Positions 1 through 12,285 of a stretch of 64,000 nucleotides of DNA are shown here, in pieces; positions within the stretch are counted from its first letter, which is position 1; each line of letters opens with the position of its first letter. Under the pieces are notes generated by a model that ran no database searches, had not been told where the DNA came from, and saw only the letters and a list, made by a program, of their open reading frames with translations. The stretch is from Escherichia coli O127:H6 str. E2348/69. Its GTDB lineage: Bacteria > Pseudomonadota > Gammaproteobacteria > Enterobacterales > Enterobacteriaceae. The translations under genes were made by a program, and so were the position numbers. The DNA is taken from assembly GCF_000026545.1 (NCBI RefSeq), contig NC_011601.1; one strand, written 5' to 3'.

Positions 1-309
1 CCTGGTCCGCATAAAATTCAGGGTATTGGCGCTGGTTTTATCCCGGCTAACCTTGATCTCAAGCTGGTCGACAAAGTCATTGGCATCACCAATGAAGAAG
101 CCATTTCTACCGCACGTCGTCTGATGGAAGAAGAAGGCATTCTTGCTGGTATCTCTTCTGGAGCAGCTGTTGCTGCGGCGTTGAAACTACAAGAAGATGA
201 AAGCTTTACCAATAAGAATATTGTGGTTATCCTGCCGTCATCGGGTGAGCGTTATTTAAGCACTGCATTGTTTGCCGATCTTTTCACTGAGAAAGAACTG
301 CAACAGTAA
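1..309 (+). CDS. cysK: Cysteine synthase A, 3' partial (C-terminal ~100 aa, starts upstream of window)
   Basis: Frame-1 translation ends ...[21 protein letters not shown], matching the CysK C-terminus as I recall it; precedes ptsH as in E. coli. Confidence 0.9.
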   Translation, partial: PGPHKIQGIGAGFIPANLDLKLVDKVIGITNEEAISTARRLMEEEGILAGISSGAAVAAALKLQEDESFTNKNIVVILPSSGERYLSTALFADLFTEKELQQ

Positions 310-332
310 TGCCAGCTTGTAAAAAATGCGTA

Positions 333-360
333 AAAAAGCACCTTTTTAGGTGCTTTTTTG
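333..360 (+). terminator. Rho-independent terminator after cysK
   Basis: GC-containing hairpin (agcacc...ggtgct) followed by a T-run. Confidence 0.55.
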
Positions 361-692
361 TGGCCTGCTTCAAACTTTCGCCCCTCCTGGCATTGATTCA
401 GCCTGTCGGAACTGGTATTTAACCAGACTAATTATTTTGATGCGCGAAATTAATCGTTACAGGAAAAGCCAAAGCTGAATCGATTTTATGATTTGGTTCA
501 ATTCTTCCTTTAGCGGCATAATGTTTAATGACGTACGAAACGTCAGCGGTCAACACCCGCCAGCAATGGACTGTATTACGCTCTTCGTGCGTCGCGTCTG
601 TTAAAAACTGGCGCTAACAATACAGGCTAAAGTCGAACCGCCAGGCTAGACTTTAGTTCCACAACACTAAACCTATAAGTTGGGGAAATACA

Positions 693-950
693 ATGTTCCA
701 GCAAGAAGTTACCATTACCGCTCCGAACGGTCTGCACACCCGCCCTGCTGCCCAGTTTGTAAAAGAAGCTAAGGGCTTCACTTCTGAAATTACTGTGACT
801 TCCAACGGCAAAAGCGCCAGCGCGAAAAGCCTGTTTAAACTGCAGACTCTGGGCCTGACTCAAGGTACCGTTGTGACTATCTCCGCAGAAGGCGAAGACG
901 AGCAGAAAGCGGTTGAACATCTGGTTAAACTGATGGCGGAACTCGAGTAA
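693..950 (+). CDS. ptsH: Phosphocarrier protein HPr
   Basis: 85-aa [26 protein letters not shown]... is the canonical HPr sequence with the His15 region. Confidence 0.97.
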
Positions 951-994
951 TTTCCCGGGTTCTTTTAAAAATCAGTCACAAGTAAGGTAGGGTT

Positions 995-2722
995 ATGATT
1001 TCAGGCATTTTAGCATCCCCGGGTATCGCTTTCGGTAAAGCTCTGCTTCTGAAAGAAGACGAAATTGTCATTGACCGGAAAAAAATTTCTGCCGACCAGG
1101 TTGATCAGGAAGTTGAACGTTTTCTGAGCGGTCGTGCCAAGGCATCAGCCCAGCTGGAAACGATCAAAACGAAAGCTGGTGAAACGTTCGGTGAAGAAAA
1201 AGAAGCCATCTTTGAAGGGCATATTATGCTGCTCGAAGATGAGGAGCTGGAGCAGGAAATCATAGCCCTGATTAAAGATAAGCACATGACAGCTGACGCA
1301 GCTGCTCATGAAGTTATCGAAGGTCAGGCTTCTGCCCTGGAAGAGCTGGATGATGAATACCTGAAAGAACGTGCGGCTGACGTACGTGATATCGGTAAGC
1401 GCCTGCTGCGCAACATCCTGGGCCTGAAGATTATCGACCTGAGCGCTATTCAGGATGAAGTCATTCTGGTTGCCGCTGACCTGACGCCGTCCGAAACCGC
1501 ACAGCTGAACCTGAAGAAGGTGCTGGGTTTCATCACCGACGCGGGTGGCCGTACTTCCCACACCTCTATCATGGCGCGTTCTCTGGAACTGCCTGCTATC
1601 GTGGGTACCGGTAGTGTCACCTCTCAGGTGAAAAATGACGACTATCTGATTCTGGATGCCGTAAATAATCAGGTTTACGTCAATCCAACCAACGAAGTTA
1701 TTGATAAAATGCGCGCTGTTCAGGAGCAAGTGGCTTCTGAAAAAGCAGAGCTTGCTAAACTGAAAGATCTGCCAGCTATTACGCTGGACGGTCACCAGGT
1801 AGAAGTGTGCGCTAACATTGGTACGGTTCGTGACGTTGAAGGTGCAGAGCGTAACGGCGCTGAAGGCGTTGGTCTGTATCGTACTGAGTTCCTGTTCATG
1901 GACCGCGACGCGCTGCCCACTGAAGAAGAACAGTTTGCTGCTTACAAAGCAGTGGCTGAAGCGTGTGGCTCTCAGGCGGTTATCGTTCGTACCATGGACA
2001 TCGGCGGCGACAAAGAGCTGCCATACATGAACTTCCCGAAAGAAGAGAACCCGTTCCTCGGCTGGCGCGCTATCCGTATCGCAATGGATCGTAAAGAGAT
2101 CCTGCGCGATCAGCTCCGCGCTATCCTGCGTGCCTCTGCTTTCGGTAAATTGCGCATCATGTTCCCGATGATCATCTCTGTTGAAGAAGTGCGTGCACTG
2201 CGCAAAGAGATCGAAATCTACAAACAGGAACTGCGCGACGAAGGTAAAGCGTTTGACGAGTCAATTGAAATCGGCGTAATGGTGGAAACACCGGCTGCCG
2301 CAACAATTGCACGTCATTTAGCCAAAGAAGTTGATTTCTTTAGTATCGGCACCAATGATTTAACGCAGTACACTCTGGCAGTTGACCGTGGTAATGATAT
2401 GATTTCACACCTTTACCAGCCAATGTCACCGTCCGTGCTGAACTTGATCAAGCAAGTTATTGATGCTTCTCATGCTGAAGGCAAATGGACTGGCATGTGT
2501 GGTGAGCTTGCTGGCGATGAACGTGCTACACTTCTGTTGCTGGGGATGGGTCTGGACGAATTCTCTATGAGCGCCATTTCTATCCCGCGCATTAAGAAGA
2601 TTATCCGTAACACGAACTTCGAAGATGCGAAGGTGTTAGCAGAGCAGGCTCTTGCTCAACCGACAACGGACGAGTTAATGACGCTGGTTAACAAGTTCAT
2701 TGAAGAAAAAACAATCTGCTAA
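995..2722 (+). CDS. ptsI: PTS enzyme I
   Basis: 575-aa ORF directly after ptsH; classical ptsHI-crr operon order. Confidence 0.97.
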   Translation: MISGILASPGIAFGKALLLKEDEIVIDRKKISADQVDQEVERFLSGRAKASAQLETIKTKAGETFGEEKEAIFEGHIMLLEDEELEQEIIALIKDKHMTADAAAHEVIEGQASALEELDDEYLKERAADVRDIGKRLLRNILGLKIIDLSAIQDEVILVAADLTPSETAQLNLKKVLGFITDAGGRTSHTSIMARSLELPAIVGTGSVTSQVKNDDYLILDAVNNQVYVNPTNEVIDKMRAVQEQVASEKAELAKLKDLPAITLDGHQVEVCANIGTVRDVEGAERNGAEGVGLYRTEFLFMDRDALPTEEEQFAAYKAVAEACGSQAVIVRTMDIGGDKELPYMNFPKEENPFLGWRAIRIAMDRKEILRDQLRAILRASAFGKLRIMFPMIISVEEVRALRKEIEIYKQELRDEGKAFDESIEIGVMVETPAAATIARHLAKEVDFFSIGTNDLTQYTLAVDRGNDMISHLYQPMSPSVLNLIKQVIDASHAEGKWTGMCGELAGDERATLLLLGMGLDEFSMSAISIPRIKKIIRNTNFEDAKVLAEQALAQPTTDELMTLVNKFIEEKTIC

Positions 2723-2762
2723 TCCACGAGATGCGGCCCAATTTACTGCTTAGGAGAAGATC

Positions 2763-3272
2763 ATGGGTTTGTTCGATAAACTGAAATCTCTGGTTTCCGA
2801 CGACAAGAAGGATACCGGAACTATTGAGATCATTGCTCCGCTCTCTGGCGAGATCGTCAATATCGAAGACGTGCCGGATGTCGTTTTTGCGGAAAAAATC
2901 GTTGGTGATGGCATTGCTATCAAACCAACTGGAAACAAAATGGTCGCGCCTGTAGACGGCACCATTGGTAAAATCTTTGAAACCAACCACGCGTTCTCTA
3001 TCGAATCTGATAGCGGCGTTGAACTGTTCGTCCACTTCGGTATCGACACCGTTGAACTGAAAGGCGAAGGCTTCAAGCGTATTGCTGAAGAAGGTCAGCG
3101 CGTGAAAGTTGGCGATACTGTCATTGAATTCGATCTGCCGCTGCTGGAAGAGAAAGCCAAGTCTACCCTGACTCCGGTTGTTATCTCCAACATGGACGAA
3201 ATCAAAGAACTGATCAAACTGTCCGGTAGCGTAACCGTGGGTGAAACCCCGGTTATCCGCATCAAGAAGTAA
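2763..3272 (+). CDS. crr: Glucose-specific PTS enzyme IIA
   Basis: 169-aa [19 protein letters not shown]... after ptsI. Confidence 0.97.
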
Positions 3273-3285
3273 TTCTTGCCGCAGT

Positions 3286-3316
3286 GAAAAATGGCGCCCA
3301 TCGGCGCCATTTTTTA
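3286..3316. terminator. Bidirectional hairpin terminator between convergent crr and pdxK
   Basis: aaaaatggcgcc-catc-ggcgccatttttt: perfect stem with A-run on one side and T-run on the other. Confidence 0.6.
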
Positions 3317-4165
3317 TGCTTCCGCCAGCGGCGGCAAAATCAATTCATCGCTCTCATGCTGCTGGGTGTAGCGCATCACTTCCAGTACGCGCAACCCCGC
3401 ACGGTGCACCGCATCGTTTAACGCCTTCCCTTTCAGCAAACCACTGATAAGCTGAGCACAAAACAGGTCGCCAGTCCCTTTCAGGTCGGTTTTTACCCGT
3501 GAATGGGAAATGACATTCACGCTGTCGGCACTGACCACCACCACCTGCATCTCCTGATTTTCTTCATTACCGGAGGCGCTGGTAATCACCACCCATTTTA
3601 ATGTGTCTGAAAGCAGACTTTTTGCGGCAGCAATGGCACTGTCGAGATCGCGGCAATTTTTACCGGTCAGGATTTCCAGCTCAAAAATATTGGGGGTAAT
3701 TCCCTGCGCCAGCGGCAGTAAATATTGTCGATACGCCTCGGGAAGGTCAGGTTTGACATAAATTCCGCTATCAATATCGCCAATCACTGGATCGACCATG
3801 ATCAATAGGTCAGGATGATCTTTGCGTAGCGCAGTCAGCCACTCGGCAAGGATTTTGATTTGCGATGCCGTTCCCATATAGCCCGTGGTTACAGCACGAA
3901 GTTGGCGCAGCGCATCACGCTCCTGAAGCGCACGCAAATAACCGCTAAACCATTCATCCGGAATCGCACCACCGTAGAAAGTGTCATAATGCGGCGTATT
4001 GCTCAGCAATACCGTCGGCACGGCAAAGACATTCAGGCCGTTCTGTTTGATAGCAGGCACCGCAATGCTGTTGCCTACGCTGCCGTACACTACCTGCGAC
4101 TGCACGGCAACGATATCCGCCTGCAGTGCCCTGCTCTTATCGTTAAACAACAACAAACTACTCAT
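3314..4165 (-). CDS. pdxK: Pyridoxal/pyridoxine/pyridoxamine kinase
   Basis: 283-aa ORF convergent with crr, consistent in size and position with PdxK. Confidence 0.9.
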   Translation of the reverse strand: MSSLLLFNDKSRALQADIVAVQSQVVYGSVGNSIAVPAIKQNGLNVFAVPTVLLSNTPHYDTFYGGAIPDEWFSGYLRALQERDALRQLRAVTTGYMGTASQIKILAEWLTALRKDHPDLLIMVDPVIGDIDSGIYVKPDLPEAYRQYLLPLAQGITPNIFELEILTGKNCRDLDSAIAAAKSLLSDTLKWVVITSASGNEENQEMQVVVVSADSVNVISHSRVKTDLKGTGDLFCAQLISGLLKGKALNDAVHRAGLRVLEVMRYTQQHESDELILPPLAEA

Positions 4166-4178
4166 TTAATTTTTTCTC

Positions 4179-4638
<460 letters not shown>

Positions 4639-4640
4639 TC

Positions 4641-5552
4641 TTAAATCCCCGCCCCCTGGCTAAAATACTCTTCCCCAAACACCCCGGTAGAAAGGTAGCG
4701 ATCGCCACGATCGCAGATGATCGCCACCACCACCGCGCCAGGGTTAGCTTTTGCCACCCGCAGTGCTCCGGCAACCGCGCCGCCGGAGCTTACGCCGCAG
4801 AAAATCCCTTCCCGCACTGCCAGTTCGCGCATGGTGTTTTCCGCATCGCGCTGATGAATATCCAGCACCTCATCCACCAGAGAAGCATTGAAAATCCCCG
4901 GCAGATATTCCGCAGGCCAGCGGCGAATGCCGGGAATACTGCTGCCTTCTTCCGGCTGCAGGCCAACAATGGTCACCGGTTTGGATTGTTCGCGCATAAA
5001 GCGTGACACACCGGTAATGGTGCCGGTCGTCCCCATACTGGAGACAAAATGCGTAATGCGCCCGCCAGTTTGCTGCCAGATTTCCGGCCCGGTGGTGGTG
5101 TAATGGGCGAAGGGATTATCAGGATTATTGAACTGATCGAGCAGCTTTCCTTCACCACGATTGGCCATCTCCAGCGCCAGATCGCGCGCGCCTTCCATGC
5201 CCTGCTCTTTGGTGACAAGAATCAGTTCCGCACCGTATGCCAGCATCGCTGCACGGCGCTCCTGGCTCATGTTGTCGGGCATCAGCAATTTCATGCGATA
5301 GCCTTTAAGCGCGGCAATCATTGCCAGCGCAATGCCGGTGTTACCACTGGTGGCTTCGATCAGCACGTCACCCGGTTTAATTTCCCCGCGCTTTTCCGCC
5401 TCAACGATCATCGAAAGTGCCGCACGATCTTTTACCGAACCTGCCGGGTTATTACCTTCCAGTTTCAACCAGACTTCACTGCCGTTATTCGGCCCCATTC
5501 GCTGCAACTTCACCAGAGGCGTATTGCCAATTGTTTGTTCTAATGTACTCAC
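4641..5552 (-). CDS. cysM: Cysteine synthase B
   Basis: 303-aa PLP-enzyme ORF; position at the end of the cysPUWAM operon. Confidence 0.95.
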   Translation of the reverse strand: MSTLEQTIGNTPLVKLQRMGPNNGSEVWLKLEGNNPAGSVKDRAALSMIVEAEKRGEIKPGDVLIEATSGNTGIALAMIAALKGYRMKLLMPDNMSQERRAAMLAYGAELILVTKEQGMEGARDLALEMANRGEGKLLDQFNNPDNPFAHYTTTGPEIWQQTGGRITHFVSSMGTTGTITGVSRFMREQSKPVTIVGLQPEEGSSIPGIRRWPAEYLPGIFNASLVDEVLDIHQRDAENTMRELAVREGIFCGVSSGGAVAGALRVAKANPGAVVVAIICDRGDRYLSTGVFGEEYFSQGAGI

Positions 5553-5571
5553 GATCTATGTCCATACGTGG

Positions 5572-5612
5572 TGTTGCCTGATGCGACGCTTGCGCGTCTT
5601 ATCAGGCCTACA
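5572..5612. repeat. REP (repetitive extragenic palindromic) element between cysA and cysM
   Basis: gcctgatgcgacgct...gcgtcttatcaggcctac imperfect palindrome typical of enterobacterial REP units (coordinates +/- a few bp). Confidence 0.5.
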
Positions 5613-5685
5613 GGTTACAAACCTTGCCATTAAAAAGCCCGGATCGCGGGAAGCGCCTCCGGGCGTTTAACATTCACTCAACCTA

Positions 5686-6783
5686 TCAGGCGCTTTGTGC
5701 GAGAGCAAGTTCCTCATCACGGGTTTCAATACGCTCATCGCCGTTATACAGCCGCGCATGTTGCAGACCAACGTATAAACGATCGCCACGCTGCGGGGCA
5801 TCGTCGCCATGCATCACGACCGTCAGCGGTTCGTTGTACCACCCCAGCGGCTGCACCACTAATTGGGTGTAGTGACCTTTCGGGCTGGCTTCCAGTACCT
5901 GTACTGGTAGCGGCGAATCGAGGCTGGTACGGCGGCTGATATCCACTTCCCACGGGCGCAGGAAGAGATCCACCGGCCCCTGATACGCGGGGGTGTATCC
6001 CAGCGGCCAGCGATGTGCGCCAACGTGGAACTGCCCGCCGCGAATGGTTCCCTGCAGGCGGTTTACCTCGCCCATAAACTCCAGCACAAAACGAGTCGCC
6101 GGTTCACGCCATACCTGATCCGGTGCGTCAGCTTGTTCAATATTGCCCTGACTCATCACCACTACACGATCAGCTACTTCGGTCGCCTCTTCCTGGTCGT
6201 GGGTCACGAACACGCTGGTGAATTTCAGTTCTTCATGCAGTTGACGCAGCCAGCGACGCAGCTCTTTACGCACCTGCGCATCCAGCGCGCCAAACGGTTC
6301 ATCAAGCAGCAAAATTTGCGGTTCCACAGCCAGCGCGCGTGCAAGCGCCACACGCTGTTTCTGACCGCCGGAAAGCTGCGCCGGATAACGATCCGCCAGA
6401 TGAGCAAGCTGCACCATCTCCAGCAATTTTGTCGCTTTCGCTTTGATCTGCGCCGCATTCGGGCGTTCACGCCGTGGCAACACCGTCAGGCCAAAAGCGA
6501 TATTGTCAAACACCGTCATATGGCGAAACAGCGCGTAATGCTGGAACACGAAACCGACTTTACGGTCCCGCGCGTGCAGACGGCTCACGTCGGTACCGTG
6601 AAAGCGAATATGCCCACTGGTTTGATGCTCCAGCCCGGCGATAATGCGCAGCAGCGTGGTTTTCCCGGAACCGGACGGCCCAAGCAACGCGACCATCTGA
6701 CCAGAAGGAATATCCAGTGAGATATCGTTCAGCACCTGGGTGCGACCAAACGACTTCTTAATATTGGCAATCTCAATGCTCAT
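5686..6783 (-). CDS. cysA: Sulfate/thiosulfate ABC transporter ATP-binding protein
   Basis: 365-aa ORF with Walker [10 protein letters not shown] and ABC signature [15 protein letters not shown]. Confidence 0.95.
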   Translation of the reverse strand: MSIEIANIKKSFGRTQVLNDISLDIPSGQMVALLGPSGSGKTTLLRIIAGLEHQTSGHIRFHGTDVSRLHARDRKVGFVFQHYALFRHMTVFDNIAFGLTVLPRRERPNAAQIKAKATKLLEMVQLAHLADRYPAQLSGGQKQRVALARALAVEPQILLLDEPFGALDAQVRKELRRWLRQLHEELKFTSVFVTHDQEEATEVADRVVVMSQGNIEQADAPDQVWREPATRFVLEFMGEVNRLQGTIRGGQFHVGAHRWPLGYTPAYQGPVDLFLRPWEVDISRRTSLDSPLPVQVLEASPKGHYTQLVVQPLGWYNEPLTVVMHGDDAPQRGDRLYVGLQHARLYNGDERIETRDEELALAQSA

Positions 6784-7648
6784 GATGCTCCTCCTGCTGC
6801 GCGCGTTTTTCCTGGTTCTCCAGGCGCCACTGCAACATACTCTTTAAAAACAGGGTGATAATCGCCATCAGCGTCAACAGCGCCGCGGCGGTAAAGGAGC
6901 CGACGGTGTTGTAGTCTTGCTCCAGCAATTCAATCTGTAACGGCAGCGAAAGTGTTTCGCCGCGAATCGAGCCGGAAACCACCGACACCGCACCAAACTC
7001 GCCAATCGCGCGGGCGTTGGTCAGCACCACGCCATAAAGCAGCGCCCAGCGGATGTTCGGCAGCGTGACGCGGCGAAACATCTGCCAGCCAGACGCGCCA
7101 AGCAAAATCGCCGCTTCGTCTTCCTGGCTGCCCTGGCTTAACATCACCGGCACCAGCTCACGCACCACAAACGGACACGTCACGAAGATGGTGACCAGCA
7201 CCATTCCCGGCCAGGAGAACATAATTTGCAGATTATGTTCATCCAGCCAGCCGCCGAGCGGGCCGTTAGAGCCGTAGAACAGCAAATACACCAGACCGGC
7301 AACCACCGGCGACACGGCAAACGGAATGTCCAGCAGCGTCAGCAATAACTGGCGTCCGGGGAAATTAAATCGCGTCACTAGCCACGCCAGCAGAATGCCG
7401 AACACTAGGTTCACCGGCACGGCAATCAGCGCAATCATCACCGTCAGCCAGATGGCGTGCAGCATGTCCGGATCGGCCAGATTCTGTAAAACCGGCATCA
7501 GCCCTTTGCTGAACGCCTGCACGAAGATGTAAATCATCGGCACCAGCAGGATGAACGCCGAAACCAGCATCCCGATGCCAATCAGAAACCATTTGCCCCA
7601 GTTAATCGGGCGCGCGTCATAACGCTTCAATTGTGTCACTTCCGCCAT
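6773..7648 (-). CDS. cysW: Sulfate/thiosulfate ABC transporter permease
   Basis: 291-aa polytopic membrane ORF overlapping cysA start; operon order. Confidence 0.95.
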   Translation of the reverse strand: MAEVTQLKRYDARPINWGKWFLIGIGMLVSAFILLVPMIYIFVQAFSKGLMPVLQNLADPDMLHAIWLTVMIALIAVPVNLVFGILLAWLVTRFNFPGRQLLLTLLDIPFAVSPVVAGLVYLLFYGSNGPLGGWLDEHNLQIMFSWPGMVLVTIFVTCPFVVRELVPVMLSQGSQEDEAAILLGASGWQMFRRVTLPNIRWALLYGVVLTNARAIGEFGAVSVVSGSIRGETLSLPLQIELLEQDYNTVGSFTAAALLTLMAIITLFLKSMLQWRLENQEKRAQQEEHHEH

Positions 7649-8481
7649 TAATGACCTACCACACGCCGACCAAAGCGACTTTGCAGAGTGTTAATTGAGA
7701 ACAGCAGCAGCAGGGATGCCGCGAGGATCACCGAAGCAATTGCGCTCGCCGCCGGGTAATCAAACTCCTGTAAGCGCACAAAAATCATCAGCGACGTTAC
7801 TTCTGTTTTCCAGGCGATATTCCCGGCGATAAAAATCACCGCGCCAAACTCACCGAGGCTGCGGGTAAATGACAGCGCCACACCCGCCACCAGCGCCGGA
7901 GATAGTTCCGGCAGCACCACTTTGCGAAAACTCTGCCAGCGCGTAGCACCGAGCGTTTCTGCCGCTTCTTCATATTCCGGGCCTAACTCTTCCAGCACCG
8001 GCTGCACGGTGCGCACCACAAACGGAATGCTGGTAAAGGCCATCGCCACCGCAATCCCCAGCCATGTATAGGTGACTTTGATATCAAACTTCGCCAGCCA
8101 TTCACCGTAAAAACCGTTCACGGAAAAGAGCGAGGCCAGCGTTAAACCGGCGACTGCCGTTGGCAGCGCAAAGGGTAAATCCATCAGCGCATCAAGCAGC
8201 GTGCGGCCCGGAAAGCGATAGCGGGTTAAGATCCACGCCATCAGCAGACCGAAAACGCCGTTAAAAATCGATGCCACAAACGCCGACAGCAGCGTCACTT
8301 TATAGGCTGCGACCACCTGCGGGTTGGTGATCACCTCCCAGTACTGCGCCCAGCTCATCTGGGCCAGTTGCATCACCAGCGCGGAGAGCGGCAGCAGCAA
8401 AATCAGGCACACAAACAGCAGACTGGTGCCGAGGCTTAAGGTAAAGCCCGGCAGCACGCGTCTTGAAGAAACTGCAAACAT
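7648..8481 (-). CDS. cysU: Sulfate/thiosulfate ABC transporter permease
   Basis: 277-aa membrane ORF with start/stop overlap to cysW and cysP. Confidence 0.95.
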   Translation of the reverse strand: MFAVSSRRVLPGFTLSLGTSLLFVCLILLLPLSALVMQLAQMSWAQYWEVITNPQVVAAYKVTLLSAFVASIFNGVFGLLMAWILTRYRFPGRTLLDALMDLPFALPTAVAGLTLASLFSVNGFYGEWLAKFDIKVTYTWLGIAVAMAFTSIPFVVRTVQPVLEELGPEYEEAAETLGATRWQSFRKVVLPELSPALVAGVALSFTRSLGEFGAVIFIAGNIAWKTEVTSLMIFVRLQEFDYPAASAIASVILAASLLLLFSINTLQSRFGRRVVGH

Positions 8482-9497
8482 TACTTACGCCCCGCCGCTA
8501 ACAGCTTGTCTAACTCGCCGCCGCTGGTGAAGTGGGTTTTCATCACTTCCGGCCAGGAGCCAAATTTATCTTCCACGCGGAACAGCTCGGTCTGCGGAAA
8601 TTTATCTTTCAGTTTGCCCATGACTTCCGGGTTATTTACGCGGTAGTAATAGTCGGTGATGATGGTTTGCGCCTGCGGGCTATAGAGCCAGTTCAGGTAA
8701 GCTTTTGCTGCTTTTTCCGTACCGTTGGCCTGCACATTTTTATCGACCCACGCCACCGGGAATTCCGCCAGAATGTTGGTTTTCGGAATCACCACTTCAA
8801 AGCCCTGCGCTTCATACTGTTTACGGATGTTGTTCACTTCCGATTCAAAGCTGATCAACACATCGCCCAGGCCGCGCTCGGCAAAGGTGGTAGTCGCGCC
8901 ACGACCGCCAGTATCGAACACTTCAACGTTTTTCAGGAACTGAGTCATAAACTGTTCAGTTTTGGCTTTGTCGCCACCGTCGGCTTTGTCCGCTGCGCCC
9001 CATGCCGCAAGGTAGGTATAACGCGCGTTACCCGACGTTTTCGGGTTCGGGAAAATCAGCTTCACATCGGAGCGCACCAGGTCGTTCCAGTCGTGGATAT
9101 TCTTCGGGTTGCCCTTACGCACCAGGAAGCCCATGGTGGAGTAGAACGGCGAGCTATTATTCGGCAGGCGCGACTGCCAGTCCGCTGGGATCAGCTTGCC
9201 TTTATCGTGCAGGATTTGTACGTCGGTCACCTGGTTATAAGTGACAACGTCGGCTTTTAAGCCCTGCAAAATCGCCAGCGCCTGTTTTGATGATCCGGCA
9301 TGAGATTGTTTAATCGTCAGTTTGTCGCCACCGTTATCTTTTGCCCATTGCTGTTCAAACGGCGGGTTCAGGGCGGCAAACAGCTCGCGGGAGACGTCAT
9401 AAGAACTGTTCAGCAGTTCCGTTGCCTGTACATGGCCCGCCAGTAGCAGAGAAGCGACCAGCACGAGTGAGTTCTTTTTCAGTAAGTTAACGGCCAT
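8481..9497 (-). CDS. cysP: Thiosulfate-binding periplasmic protein
   Basis: 338-aa ORF with signal peptide; first gene of the cysPUWAM operon. Confidence 0.95.
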   Translation of the reverse strand: MAVNLLKKNSLVLVASLLLAGHVQATELLNSSYDVSRELFAALNPPFEQQWAKDNGGDKLTIKQSHAGSSKQALAILQGLKADVVTYNQVTDVQILHDKGKLIPADWQSRLPNNSSPFYSTMGFLVRKGNPKNIHDWNDLVRSDVKLIFPNPKTSGNARYTYLAAWGAADKADGGDKAKTEQFMTQFLKNVEVFDTGGRGATTTFAERGLGDVLISFESEVNNIRKQYEAQGFEVVIPKTNILAEFPVAWVDKNVQANGTEKAAKAYLNWLYSPQAQTIITDYYYRVNNPEVMGKLKDKFPQTELFRVEDKFGSWPEVMKTHFTSGGELDKLLAAGRK

Positions 9498-9636
9498 TGC
9501 GCACCCTTATAAATTTAACGACTTTCTAATAGCCATCATATTTATAACGGACGTGAAAGGAGTAACGGTTTTATATACCGTTTGGTGATTTGGAAGTTGA
9601 AAAGGGAATAAGACGAAATCCTCCCCACAAATGCAG

Positions 9637-11186
9637 CTGTCTCTTATACACAAATCCCCACCCGGGGATTTGTGATGTCTGTCAGTCTGCTTTAGGGGGA
9701 CTCTTTCCATCCGGTAGTTTCCTTCCTCCCCGGCAGCGATTTTTTGAACTTTTTCCTCACCCGTTGATCTTCTCTTATATTTCATTTTCTTCGGGTCTGT
9801 TATGGTACTTTCTGATTGTTATTCATGGGCTAACGAGCAGTTTGGACATGCCCGTCTCGGTGATCCGCGTCGTACACGACGCCTTGTGTCACTGGCCTCT
9901 TCTCTCGCTCAGCATGCAGGTCTTTCTATTGTGAAATCATCCCAGTCCACTGCTCAGGTTGAAGGTGCGTACCGCCTGATACGTAACCCGTCTGTGTCCC
10001 CGCAAGCCATTGCCGAAGCCGGATTTACCGCCACTGTAAGGACATGTGAGGCTCATCCGCTGCTCCTCGCGCTGGAAGACACCACCACCATTAACTTCAG
10101 TCACAGTACGGCATCTGATGACCTGGGGAATACCACCACTAACCCGAAGACGCGCGGGCTGCTGGCTCACTCTGTCCTGATGTACGCCCCCGACAGCGCC
10201 CTGCCAGTCGGTCTTATCGAACAGCAGCGCTGGAGTCGTGCCACGGACACCTACGGTGTTAAGCACCAGCGAAAAGAACGTCCCTATGAAGAAAAAGAAA
10301 GTTACCGCTGGCAGCAGGCTTCGGAGCGCATGGCCGAACGGCTGGGGGAGATACAGAAACGGGTAATCACTGTCTGTGACCGGGAAGCGGATATCTGGCA
10401 TTACCTGCATTATAAAGTCAGCCACGGGCAGCGCTTCGTGGTGCGTGCAGCACAGAATCGCCGGCTGGAAGAAGCACCCGGCAAGCTCTTCGAACTGCCG
10501 GAAGTCCTGGCAACCGCGGGAAGCCACACGCTGAATGTGATGCAAAAAGGCGGGCGGGCAGCCCGCCAGGCCCGGATGTTCATCAGTTACAGCGAAGTCA
10601 GCATAAAAAATCCCGACAACAGCGGCCAGGCGCTCCCGCTCACGTATGTCTGTTGCCGGGAGCAGGCAGAGGACGGCGCCTGCTGGCATCTGCTGACGTC
10701 AGAAAAAGTGGCGAGTGCCGCCGATGCGCGACGTATCGTCAGCCATTACGAGCGACGCTGGCTGATAGAGGAATACCACAAGGCGTGGAAAAGTGGTGGT
10801 ACATGTGTGGAATCGCTGCGAATGCAGACCCGGGATAACCTCGAGCGCATGGTGGTTATCAAGGCGTTTATCGCGGTGCGGGTGCTGGGCCTGCGGCAGG
10901 GCGGTATCAGTGAAGAAACACAAAATGACAGCTGTGAGAAAATACTGACGCCGACAGAGTGGAAACTGCTGTGGGTTAAGCTGGAAGGAAAACCGCTTCC
11001 GTCACAGATGCCGACACTGAAATGGGCCTGTCTGAAACTGGCGAAACTGGGGCGATGGCATGACAGCAAACGCACCGGTCGCCCCGGTTGGGTAGTCATG
11101 TGGGATGGCTGGTTCAGACTTCAGGATATGGTTGAGGGTTACCTGGTGATGAAGTCTCTTGATCAGGAGATCTGATCAAGAGACAG
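9637..11186 (+). mobile_element. IS4-family insertion sequence of the IS50/Tn5 type (~1.55 kb), flanked by a 9-10 bp direct repeat
   Basis: Left end ctgtctcttatacacaaat resembles the Tn5 outside end; right end agatctgatcaagagacag is the reverse complement of the Tn5 inside-end sequence as I recall it (two GATC sites). Direct repeat acaaatgcag at 9627-9636 and 11187-11196. Confidence 0.85.
9802..11175 (+). CDS. IS50-like (Tn5-type) DDE transposase
   Basis: 457-aa ORF with ...LGDPRRTRRLV..., ...VCDREADI... and ...YERRWLIEEYHKAWKSGG... motifs that parallel Tn5 Tnp motifs; clearly diverged from Tn5 Tnp itself. Stop codon lies inside the right terminal repeat as in IS50. Confidence 0.9.
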   Translation: MVLSDCYSWANEQFGHARLGDPRRTRRLVSLASSLAQHAGLSIVKSSQSTAQVEGAYRLIRNPSVSPQAIAEAGFTATVRTCEAHPLLLALEDTTTINFSHSTASDDLGNTTTNPKTRGLLAHSVLMYAPDSALPVGLIEQQRWSRATDTYGVKHQRKERPYEEKESYRWQQASERMAERLGEIQKRVITVCDREADIWHYLHYKVSHGQRFVVRAAQNRRLEEAPGKLFELPEVLATAGSHTLNVMQKGGRAARQARMFISYSEVSIKNPDNSGQALPLTYVCCREQAEDGACWHLLTSEKVASAADARRIVSHYERRWLIEEYHKAWKSGGTCVESLRMQTRDNLERMVVIKAFIAVRVLGLRQGGISEETQNDSCEKILTPTEWKLLWVKLEGKPLPSQMPTLKWACLKLAKLGRWHDSKRTGRPGWVVMWDGWFRLQDMVEGYLVMKSLDQEI

Positions 11187-11214
11187 ACAAATGCAGGGAG
11201 GAAACAGAGGTGAA

Positions 11215-12006
11215 TCAGATGCCGACGCTAACCGTCTCCGGTAGTGTGCTGCCGCCATCAATCACATTCTGTGTACCGGTTAAATAGCTGGATTCATCCG
11301 ATGCGAGGAAGGCCGCCAGTTCGCCGACTTCCAGCGGATCGGCGAGGCGACGCATCGGGATTGCTTTCGCCATTTCAGTCAGCACCGATTCTGGATCTTC
11401 CGGGTTTGACTGGCGGGCAATGCTTTCCGCCATTGGCGTGCGAACGTATCCAGGGCAGATGGCGTTAACGCGAATACCAGACTGCGCGTACTCCACCGCC
11501 AGCGATTTAGTCAGGCCAACAATCGCCGCTTTCGTTAAGGCGTACGCCGTTTCACCCGGGTCTGCCACCATATCGCCAGTAACTGAAGACATCATCACAA
11601 TGCGGCCATCTTTGCGGGCAATCATCTCCGGCAGCACCGCCTTCGTGACGTTCCATACGCCTTTTATATTGATATCAATATGGAAATCGCGATCTTCATC
11701 GCTCATATCGAGGAAACTGCCCAGACGACAAACGCCTGCGTTATTCACCAGAATATCAATGCGCCCTTCTTTTTCCTTAGCGCGCTTAATAGCTGCGGCT
11801 ACCGACGCCGGGTCACGCACATCGGCGACAACCGCCGTACAGCGATGACCACGACCACACAGTTCGTCCGCCAGCTTTTCGATCTCAGGGGAGATATCCA
11901 GCAAGATTAGGTTTGCGCCATGACGCGCAAAAGTTCTGGCAATTCCTTCGCCAATTCCCTGCAATGCGCCCGTAATCAGTGCTGTCTTGCCCGTGAGTTT
12001 ACCCAT
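11215..12006 (-). CDS. ucpA: Short-chain dehydrogenase/reductase UcpA
   Basis: Starts MGKLTGKTALITGALQGIGEGIA (Rossmann TGxxxGxG) with AGGAG RBS upstream; the track ORF extends 22 codons further upstream but the RBS supports this start. Confidence 0.9.
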   Translation of the reverse strand: MGKLTGKTALITGALQGIGEGIARTFARHGANLILLDISPEIEKLADELCGRGHRCTAVVADVRDPASVAAAIKRAKEKEGRIDILVNNAGVCRLGSFLDMSDEDRDFHIDINIKGVWNVTKAVLPEMIARKDGRIVMMSSVTGDMVADPGETAYALTKAAIVGLTKSLAVEYAQSGIRVNAICPGYVRTPMAESIARQSNPEDPESVLTEMAKAIPMRRLADPLEVGELAAFLASDESSYLTGTQNVIDGGSTLPETVSVGI

Positions 12007-12285
12007 TTTAATGCTCTCCTTGTTAATACAGAGCGTTACACTCCATTCCCTCTGAAAATACAGGATAAACAAAATATTGCTGCGGATCAGCTCACTAATT
12101 CAGGAAAATCTCAATTTAGTCGCTGCTTTATGCAGCACCTCAAGCGTTACGTCAGCGCGCAATCATTTTCAGTGACATCACATGAGTAATATTCGGACTT
12201 AATGATTCCTTTGTGTCTATCAAATCGGGATATATGATCCCATTTATCTGCAATTATTTGATCGCAAATATTAAGGTCACCACCG

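Noticed and set aside
1145-1795. 216-aa ORF on the minus strand inside ptsI
   Set aside because: Fully antisense to the well-supported ptsI coding sequence, with no RBS; it is the kind of long antisense frame common in GC-balanced genes. The same applies to other antisense ORFs inside host genes (for example 8532-9260 in cysP, 12603-13088 in murQ, 14907-15701 in yfeX, 20493-22487 in the SNF2 gene).
9590-9934. 114-aa ORF spanning the IS left end
   Set aside because: It crosses the host/IS junction and the terminal repeat, so it is a chimeric frame created by the insertion; the real transposase start is at 9802.
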